Assembly: GCA_964565945.1 (NCBI GenBank)
Contig: CAZMGY010000011.1
Location: forward strand, 30,001-62,000
Length of the DNA stretch: 32,000 bases
Direction of reading: 5' to 3'
From: an uncultured bacterium
GTDB lineage: Bacteria > GCA-001730085
The notes under the pieces were generated by a model that was given only the letters and a program-made list of their open reading frames with translations, made no database searches and was not told the DNA's origin. Position 1 is the first letter of the stretch, and each line of letters begins with the position of its first letter. Of the stretch, positions 16,843 through 23,515 are shown in pieces. The position numbers and the translations under genes are program-made.

Positions 16843-16923
16843 AGGGATTGGTGAAAATTTAAATAATTGAGTGGTGGAGAAGTTCCTGCGGGGGGGGGCC
16901 ACTGCTAAAAGGATGGATGTCAA

Positions 16924-17280
16924 ATGTCAAAACAAATAGATAAAAAAATAGACGAAACTTGGAAAGAACAAGTGGCTAAGGGTAAAGAATCTGTACAGGA
17001 TCAATATGATTTGCCAGAAGGGATGGAAATGCCCGAAGCAAGTTTTATGATTCATGTGTCGCAACTGGCTATGCAGTCGATGGTGTTTTTGGGTCTTATG
17101 CCACATCCTGTGGATCAAAGCACTCAAGTTGATTTGGTGCAGGCCAAGTATTTGATTGATACAATTGAAGTTCTTAAGGATAAGAGTAAAGGCAATTTGT
17201 CTAAGGAAGAAGAGGAAGGTCTTTCGACCCTTCTCTATGATTTACGTCTCAAATATCTCGATGTTCGGCAAAAACAATAA
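16924..17280 (+). CDS. DUF1844-like protein
   Basis: 118 aa. PEASFMIHVSQLAMQSMVFLGLMPHP...QAKYLIDTIEVLKDKSKGNLSKEEEEGLSTLLYDLRLKY matches my recollection of the DUF1844 pattern (PEASF...LG..P.P......L..AK..ID.L..L..KTKGNL..EE...L...LY.LRM.Y). Confidence 0.65.
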   Translation: MSKQIDKKIDETWKEQVAKGKESVQDQYDLPEGMEMPEASFMIHVSQLAMQSMVFLGLMPHPVDQSTQVDLVQAKYLIDTIEVLKDKSKGNLSKEEEEGLSTLLYDLRLKYLDVRQKQ

Positions 17281-17300
17281 TCTTTTTGTCACGAATAGTT

Positions 17301-18380
17301 CTAAGACATAAGGAAACGGAAGTAAGGATCTTCTCTGAGGTTAATAAGATCTTTGTCTAAGAGGGCTGTTTCTAACAGTTGCTCAGAAAAGTAAGGGCGA
17401 CCTTGTTTGAGCCATTGCGTAGCTTGCTCGGTGTGACCTTTTTTGGCATACAGGCAAGCTAAATTGTAATAGGCCATTCCCAAGGAAGGGTTATAGGTGA
17501 GAGCCTTACGATAGGTCAAAATAGCTTTTTGAGTTTGACCTTTTTGGGACTCTTTCCAAGCAATTTTGGCATAGGCGTTGGCGTATGTTCTGTTACGTTC
17601 GCTAATAGGTGTTGCGACAGCCTCTGGGATAGTTCGAGATGATGAACCAGAGTTGTTCACAAAACGTCGTTCGTAACGATCTAGTGCCGATTTGACTCTT
17701 TGTTCTTGAACATTTTTTTGAGATTGTTCCCAGTTAGAAAGCTTAGATGCGAGCTCTTGGCTTTGTTTAGTTTCCATTGGTTGGCTGAACATTTTTTTGA
17801 GGGAGGTGTCTATTTTGAGTTCGGTTGCGACAAGACGCTGGTTTAGTTCAGTGAGACGTCCTTGATGCTGAGAGAGTTGCGTGTTTAATTGGTTAAGTCG
17901 ATCGGATTGATGATTTAGCGAGCGTTCCACCGCATGAATTTTATCGAGAGTGAAGTCCTTATGTTTGCGATGCCTGTCTTCTATTAAAGCAATGTTTGCT
18001 TGGGTGTCTTGAGTTTGTGATTTAAGCTGCCGATCAAGATTATTTTGTTGTAGGTTTATTTTGCGAGATAATTCATTTTTAAATTCTTTTTGTTGATGAT
18101 TAAGATAAATAAATGAAAATAGTCCAATTGTTATAGCTAAGGCCACTACCCAGAAAAGAACATTCCATTGAAATGCTTGTTTTTCATGAGGTTTGTTCAA
18201 GAGGCGTGATGTTTTATCCATTAAATCTTCGACCTGATGTGATAAAGATAAGACATGGGAGTTTAAATTATCGTAAGGATGAGACTCGTTCTCTTTGGAC
18301 AGAGTTTTAGATTGAGCTGAACTCAAAAGAGATCCAAAGCGAATAGAAGATTCGTTTTGATGTTTTTCCGCTTGGTTCAT
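17301..18380 (-). CDS. bitopic membrane protein with a Q-rich coiled coil and C-terminal TPR repeats
   Basis: 359 aa. It has a single TM segment WNVLFWVVALAITIGLFSFIYL and a long heptad-like Q/L/N-rich stretch. The C-terminus is TPR-like (AILTYRKALTYNPSLGMAYYNLACLYAKKGHTEQA ... DKDLINLREDPYF). Confidence 0.7.
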   Translation of the reverse strand: MNQAEKHQNESSIRFGSLLSSAQSKTLSKENESHPYDNLNSHVLSLSHQVEDLMDKTSRLLNKPHEKQAFQWNVLFWVVALAITIGLFSFIYLNHQQKEFKNELSRKINLQQNNLDRQLKSQTQDTQANIALIEDRHRKHKDFTLDKIHAVERSLNHQSDRLNQLNTQLSQHQGRLTELNQRLVATELKIDTSLKKMFSQPMETKQSQELASKLSNWEQSQKNVQEQRVKSALDRYERRFVNNSGSSSRTIPEAVATPISERNRTYANAYAKIAWKESQKGQTQKAILTYRKALTYNPSLGMAYYNLACLYAKKGHTEQATQWLKQGRPYFSEQLLETALLDKDLINLREDPYFRFLMS

Positions 18381-18509
18381 TTGTTATGATTAACCCCAAA
18401 AACCGATTTTGCACACACGATATATAGTAGCAATGATACATGAGATGCTGAGGAGCTGTCAATATTGATCTTTTACATGGGGTCAAGAAGGGGCCAAAAA
18501 AATAAAGGC

Positions 18510-18538
18510 TTGTCAGGGCACTAAAGTTTTTGTACAAT
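18510..18538 (+). promoter_or_regulatory. sigma70-type promoter for rpsP-trmD-rplS
   Basis: TTGTCA (18510-18515), a 17-nt spacer, then TACAAT (18533-18538). It lies 40 nt upstream of the rpsP ATG, which has an AAGGAG RBS. Confidence 0.55.
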
Positions 18539-18578
18539 GGTACGCTTATAGCGATTAAGAATTTTAAGGAGAAGACCT

Positions 18579-18830
18579 ATGTCTTTGTCTATGCGTTTGA
18601 AACGTTTTGGGCGTAAAGGTTATGCTCAGTATCGCTTGGTGGTTACCGATCGACGTCGTCAGAGAGATGGTGGTGTTATTGAGGAGTTAGGTCAGTACGA
18701 TCCCCATCAAGAAGATATGAACGAAAAGTTTAAGATTAATAAAGAGCGAGTGGCTTATTGGCTACAACAAGGTGGTCAGCCAACAGGTACTGTGAAAACT
18801 CTTTTAAAGAAACAAGGTGTCACGCTTTAA
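18579..18830 (+). CDS. rpsP: 30S ribosomal protein S16
   Basis: 83 aa. LSMRLKRFGRKGYAQYRLVVTDRR...DP...W...GAQPT-like pattern. Confidence 0.93.
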   Translation: MSLSMRLKRFGRKGYAQYRLVVTDRRRQRDGGVIEELGQYDPHQEDMNEKFKINKERVAYWLQQGGQPTGTVKTLLKKQGVTL

Positions 18831-18831
18831 G

Positions 18832-19569
18832 GTGGATATTACTATATTAACCTTATTCCCCGAAGTTTTTGAGGGTGTTCTTGCCGCAAGCATTATGAAG
18901 CGGGCTCAAGCACAGGATCTTGTTCGGTTTAATGTGGTTAATTTTAGAGAATATGCCAAAGGATTGACCAAAAAAGTGGTTGATGACATGCCTTATGGTG
19001 GAGGCCCTGGAATGCTTCTCAAACCAGAACCGTTGTTTAAAGCTGTTGAAGATGTGCAAAACAACAGCGAGCATTTAGCGCATGTGGTGTTGTTAACACC
19101 ACATGGTCGGACAATGAGTCAGGCTGTGGCAAAGCAGTTGGTGGTTAAGAATCATTTGATTCTTATTTGTGGTCACTACGAAGGTTTTGATGAAAGAGTG
19201 CGCGAAACTTTGGTGGATGAGGAAATTTCCATCGGAGATTATGTGTTGACTGGAGGAGAAATTCCTGCCATGGTTCTTTCGGATGCTGTGGTTAGGTTAT
19301 TGCCAGGGGTGTTGGGTAACGCTGAGACACATGGTGAGGAAAGCTTTTACGAAGGTTTGTTAGAGTATCCTCAGTACACGCGTCCATCTGAGTTTCGAGG
19401 AATGAAGGTTCCCGAGGTTTTGTTATCGGGGCACCATGAAAAAATTATCCAGTGGCGTAAAACAGAATCGATAAGGAGGACGTGGTTAAGGCGTCCCGAA
19501 ATGCTTGAAGAAGCCAATCTTTCACGTGAAGAAAGGCTTTATGTGAAGAAATTAAAACAGGAAAAATGA
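18832..19569 (+). CDS. trmD: tRNA (guanine37-N1)-methyltransferase
   Basis: A GTG at 18832 gives MDITILTLFPEVFEG, the canonical TrmD N-terminus. An in-frame GTG at 18817 is the alternative start. Motifs DDMPYGGGPGM, LICGHYEGFDERV and GDYVLTGGE. Confidence 0.9.
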   Translation: MDITILTLFPEVFEGVLAASIMKRAQAQDLVRFNVVNFREYAKGLTKKVVDDMPYGGGPGMLLKPEPLFKAVEDVQNNSEHLAHVVLLTPHGRTMSQAVAKQLVVKNHLILICGHYEGFDERVRETLVDEEISIGDYVLTGGEIPAMVLSDAVVRLLPGVLGNAETHGEESFYEGLLEYPQYTRPSEFRGMKVPEVLLSGHHEKIIQWRKTESIRRTWLRRPEMLEEANLSREERLYVKKLKQEK

Positions 19570-19577
19570 GGTAGGCC

Positions 19578-19931
19578 ATGGATGTTTTGGATAAAGTGAA
19601 TAATCCTTTTATGAAACGCACAATAACCGACTTTCGTGTGGGCGATACTGTGCGTGTGTCTGTACGAATCATTGAGGGAGAAAAAAATCGTCTCCAAGAT
19701 TTTGAAGGCGTTGTGATTGCTCGCAAAGGCGGTGGTATTCATGAGACATTTACTGTAAGACGTATTTCTTTTGGTGAAGGTGTGGAGCGTATTTTCCCCC
19801 TGCATTCGCCACGTATTCAATCAATCAAAATTGTGCGTCGTGGTGCTGTCCGCCGAGCTAAGCTTTACTATTTGCGTGGCCGTATTGGTCGTAAAGCGAC
19901 TCGTGTTAAAGAAAAAAGTATTTTTGCATAA
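19578..19931 (+). CDS. rplS: 50S ribosomal protein L19
   Basis: 117 aa. [35 protein letters not shown]...TFTVRR. Confidence 0.93.
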   Translation: MDVLDKVNNPFMKRTITDFRVGDTVRVSVRIIEGEKNRLQDFEGVVIARKGGGIHETFTVRRISFGEGVERIFPLHSPRIQSIKIVRRGAVRRAKLYYLRGRIGRKATRVKEKSIFA

Positions 19932-20103
19932 GCCCCGTCGTGGTGGAATACATTCTTGTCGAATGACAAAAGGAGATCACTGCAAAATAAACTAAAACCT
20001 ACTCACAGACCCTCAACTGTCAAATTTTTAAAATATATATGAGTTTGATGTAATAAAAGATACTTAAAGATTCTAAACGTATATGAAAGAGGAGTGACAA
20101 GTT

Positions 20104-20700
20104 ATGTCTAAAAAAGTTTGGATGGTGATAGGTGTTTTATTCGGATTGTTGGCGGTGCCGTTTCTTATGTTCAAAGGAACCTACAATAAGCTTGCTGTAG
20201 CGGATGAAGGTGTTAAAGGTGCGTGGGCACAAGTCGAAAATGTTTATCAAAGACGCTTGGATTTGATTCCGAATCTTGTGAATACGGTTAAGGGCTCTGC
20301 CGCTCACGAAAGAGAAACCTTGCAGGGTGTGGTTGAGGCGCGTTCCAAAGTGTCTCAAATGACTATTACCCCTGAGATTGTAAATAATCCGCAACTTTTG
20401 CAACAATTTCAGAGTTCGCAATCGCAATTGTCTTCGGCATTAAGTCGTTTAATGGTTGTTGTGGAGCGCTATCCCACTCTTAAGGCTAATGAAAGCTTTT
20501 TGGCGCTTCAATCTCAGATTGAAGGCACTGAAAATCGTATTACTGTTGAACGCAAACGGTTTAATGATGCATCCCAGGCCTTCAATACGCTTAGAAGGGT
20601 ATTCCCTAATGTTTTGATTGCCAATAGGATGGGTTTTCAGGAAAAAGCTTATTTTAAAGCCGAAGCGACGGCCACTAATGCGCCTCAAGTTCAATTTTAA
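20104..20700 (+). CDS. lemA: LemA family membrane protein
   Basis: 198 aa with an N-terminal TM segment. Motifs AWAQVENVYQRRLDLIPNLVNTVKG, ERYPTLKANESF and RFNDA..AFN. Confidence 0.88.
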   Translation: MSKKVWMVIGVLFGLLAVPFLMFKGTYNKLAVADEGVKGAWAQVENVYQRRLDLIPNLVNTVKGSAAHERETLQGVVEARSKVSQMTITPEIVNNPQLLQQFQSSQSQLSSALSRLMVVVERYPTLKANESFLALQSQIEGTENRITVERKRFNDASQAFNTLRRVFPNVLIANRMGFQEKAYFKAEATATNAPQVQF

Positions 20701-20709
20701 GGAGTTTGT

Positions 20710-21558
20710 GTGCAACGGATTGTTTGTCTATTTAGTTTTGTTTGGATGGCGTTAGCCAACTTGCAGGCCTTTGAGGTGCCGGCCAAACCCGATGGGTATG
20801 TTACCGATCGGGCACAGCTGTTAAGTGCGTCGAAACGTCAAGCCTTGGAAAGTTTCCTGCAATCCTACGAGGCTAAAACGGGCAACCAACTTGTGGTGGC
20901 GACTTTCCCCTCCATGGATGGCGGAGCTCTGGAAGATATTTCGATTCGTTTGGCGGAGCAGTGGAAGGTGGGCAAAAAAGGCAAAGACAATGGTGTTATT
21001 TTGCTTATTTTTAAAAATGATCGCAAGATGCGCATCGAAGTGGGCTATGGCTTAGAAGGTGTTTTGACCGATGCTATTGCGGGACAGTTGATTCGCAAAA
21101 CCATTGCGCCTTATTTTCGAGAAGGTCGCTATGAAGAAGGCGTTCTTATGGGTGTCCGCTCGATTGTAAGTGTTTTTTCGGGTGATTTAAGGATTCTTAA
21201 AACACGTCGTTCTAACCAGGCTCGTGAATTAACTCCCGAAGAAATTGAGCAGTTGCGGAAAACGTTTCGTTTGATTATGTTGTTTATTGTCATAGGTCTT
21301 GTTGTGTTGTTAGGCTTTGATGCGTGGCGTTATCGTCAGTATTGCCACGATCATCGTATTTATCATGAGCGTTACAGTTGGTGGGAGTGGTTTATGCGTT
21401 TTGCCTTATTGCTGTTTTTGGCTCAAATGATCTTGCACATTGCTTTTTTTCTTTTGTTAGCTTCTCGAGGAGGTTACCACGGATCACGAAGTGGCTATGG
21501 CGGATTTTCTGGTGGCGGTGGAAGTTTTGGTGGCGGTGGAGCCAGTGGAGGATGGTGA
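20710..21558 (+). CDS. TPM-domain (YgcG-like) membrane protein with a glycine-rich C-terminal tail
   Basis: 282 aa with a GTG start after an AAGGAG RBS. It has a signal peptide and a TPM core (VTDRAQLLS..., GVILLIFKNDRKMRIEVGYGLEG). TM helices are followed by the tail GGYHGSRSGYGGFSGGGGSFGGGGASGGW. Confidence 0.8.
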   Translation: MQRIVCLFSFVWMALANLQAFEVPAKPDGYVTDRAQLLSASKRQALESFLQSYEAKTGNQLVVATFPSMDGGALEDISIRLAEQWKVGKKGKDNGVILLIFKNDRKMRIEVGYGLEGVLTDAIAGQLIRKTIAPYFREGRYEEGVLMGVRSIVSVFSGDLRILKTRRSNQARELTPEEIEQLRKTFRLIMLFIVIGLVVLLGFDAWRYRQYCHDHRIYHERYSWWEWFMRFALLLFLAQMILHIAFFLLLASRGGYHGSRSGYGGFSGGGGSFGGGGASGGW

Positions 21559-21562
21559 TACG

Positions 21563-22018
21563 ATGAAGGTGATACGCACACAGGTGCCCCAAGATTTTTT
21601 TTCTAGCAAAGAACGAAAATGCATCCGTAAGGCTATTGAAATGGCTGAGATGCAAACTTCGGGAGAGATTCGCGTTCACCTGCAACGTAAAGCTAACGAG
21701 GATATATTAGTGCATGCTGCCGAAGTTTTCGATCGAATTGGAATGTCGCAAACCGAAGCGCGTAATGGTGTCTTAATTTTTATGGGCTTGCAAAGCAGAC
21801 GTTTTGTGGTGATTGGAGACCAAGGGATCAATGAGCAAGTTGCGGAACATTTTTGGCAAGAGGTTGTGACAGCGATGCAAGCGGAGTTTCAAGAGGATCG
21901 CTTTGCCGATGGTCTTGTTAAAGGTATTGAGCTAATTGGCTACAAACTGCAAGCGCTGTTCCCTTATCAGCGCGAGGACAAAAATGAACTTTCGGATGAA
22001 ATATCCTTTTCTTTTTGA
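21563..22018 (+). CDS. TPM-domain protein, cytoplasmic type
   Basis: 151 aa from the ATG at 21563. Motifs IEMAEMQTSGEIRVHL and GVLIFMGLQSRRFVVIGDQGI. The upstream extension to 21491 in the ORF track overlaps the previous gene's Gly-rich tail and is discounted. Confidence 0.8.
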   Translation: MKVIRTQVPQDFFSSKERKCIRKAIEMAEMQTSGEIRVHLQRKANEDILVHAAEVFDRIGMSQTEARNGVLIFMGLQSRRFVVIGDQGINEQVAEHFWQEVVTAMQAEFQEDRFADGLVKGIELIGYKLQALFPYQREDKNELSDEISFSF

Positions 22019-22019
22019 A

Positions 22020-22844
22020 TTAGGCTTGTGTTTGAAATTTTTGCAAAATGTCTTGGTGAACGAGGCCGTTAGAAAATAAAATACCGTCTTTGTTATGAAC
22101 ATCGGTTTTGTTATAGACAAGGTCTTTGCCATTGATGTCGGTGACCATTCCTCCTGCTCCACGAACGATGGCTTCGGGGGCGCAGCTATCCCATTCTTTG
22201 GTGCATCCCGTGCTATAAAAGAAAGCATCGGCCTTACCTTGTGACAAGTGAAACCCTTTCCCTCCGACCGAACCAAAACGGAAAGTGTTACGGGCCTTAA
22301 GACGCGTTTTGAGGTTTTCATCTTCAGGTGAATAGTGACTGCGCGTGATAATCAAAACAAAATCTTCGATAGAGCGTTTAGAGCAGTGGACTTGTTCAAT
22401 GAGGGTATCTTTTTGGATAAAACTTCCTTCGTCTGGAGAACCCCACATTGTGACGCGATGCACCGGGAGGTGGACCAGGCCAAATGCGGCTTTTTGATCG
22501 ATAATAAGACCAATATGGATGGCAAACTCTCCATTTTTGGAGATGAACTCTCGTGTGCCATCGATGGGGTCAATGCACCAGGTGCGCAGGGCTTGTTGCC
22601 GTGATACATCGTCGATGCCTTCTTCACTTAAAATGGCGTCGTCAGGAAACGCCTTTTGTAAGGCTTGAACGATGTAGTCGTTGGCGGCAATATCTGCTTC
22701 GGTGACAGGTCCTTCATCATCGGGTTTATCGGTGATTCGAAAATCTTTTTTGTAATAATCCATAATGATCTGAGAAGCATTTAAGGCGATAGCTTGGGCG
22801 ACGAGGCGTTCTTTGCGAAATGAGGACATTAGGATATTTTCCAT
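22020..22844 (-). CDS. cysQ: inositol monophosphatase-family phosphatase, CysQ-like 3'(2'),5'-bisphosphate nucleotidase
   Basis: 274 aa. Motifs ILSEEG, WCIDPIDGTREF, GSVGGKG and WDSCAPEAI. Assignment to CysQ rather than SuhB is tentative. Confidence 0.6.
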   Translation of the reverse strand: MENILMSSFRKERLVAQAIALNASQIIMDYYKKDFRITDKPDDEGPVTEADIAANDYIVQALQKAFPDDAILSEEGIDDVSRQQALRTWCIDPIDGTREFISKNGEFAIHIGLIIDQKAAFGLVHLPVHRVTMWGSPDEGSFIQKDTLIEQVHCSKRSIEDFVLIITRSHYSPEDENLKTRLKARNTFRFGSVGGKGFHLSQGKADAFFYSTGCTKEWDSCAPEAIVRGAGGMVTDINGKDLVYNKTDVHNKDGILFSNGLVHQDILQKFQTQA

Positions 22845-22940
22845 ATTTAATAAGATTGCTATTGTGTGTTTCCAGTTTCGTTCTATTTTAGCGGAAGACC
22901 GTGTTAAAATAAAGTTGTTTAATTATTGTAAGGGGATAAT

Positions 22941-23507
22941 ATGACTGGTCTTATTAAAGTATGTATTATATTCAGTTTGCTTTCTAGTTCTCCGAGTTAT
23001 GCCGAACCTTTATTTCGTCATTATCAAGAAAAGTACGTTGCGCCTTTAGCGAAGCCTAAAACCACAGATCCTGTTTCGTGGACGTCTCCTAAGGGCTGGG
23101 CTCGATTGCCCGAAAAACCGATGCGCTTAGCCAGCTACAAAATTATGGAGCAAGGGGAAGAAGGTTTGTGTACGCTTAGTTCTTTACCTTTGATGGCAGG
23201 CGATCTTCAAGCAAATCTAAAACGTTGGATGGGGCAGCTCAATATTGCATGGAATCAGAATCAAGTGAAAGATTGGATTGAACAGACATCTCTGGAGACA
23301 TCGCAAGGAGGCATTCTTTACCGGGTGTTTGATTTAAGCGAGTTTGTTACCGATGATGAGGATAACAGTATGTTAACGGCGATAGCGTCATTAAAACAAA
23401 GTATTCTTTTTGTTAAATTAACTGGATCGAAGGCGTTGGTGCATAGGCAACGAAAGGGATTTCTCATGTTGGTGGCTTCATTAAAGAAAACAGAGGTGAC
23501 GTCATAA
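22941..23507 (+). CDS. hypothetical secreted protein
   Basis: 188 aa. It has the signal peptide LIKVCIIFSLLSSSPSYA-EP. The core W.SPKGW...P.KPMRLASY......G.LQANLKRWMGQL looks like a conserved but unnamed family. The gene lies immediately upstream of ccsBA. Confidence 0.6.
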   Translation: MTGLIKVCIIFSLLSSSPSYAEPLFRHYQEKYVAPLAKPKTTDPVSWTSPKGWARLPEKPMRLASYKIMEQGEEGLCTLSSLPLMAGDLQANLKRWMGQLNIAWNQNQVKDWIEQTSLETSQGGILYRVFDLSEFVTDDEDNSMLTAIASLKQSILFVKLTGSKALVHRQRKGFLMLVASLKKTEVTS

Positions 23508-23515
23508 ATACCTGG

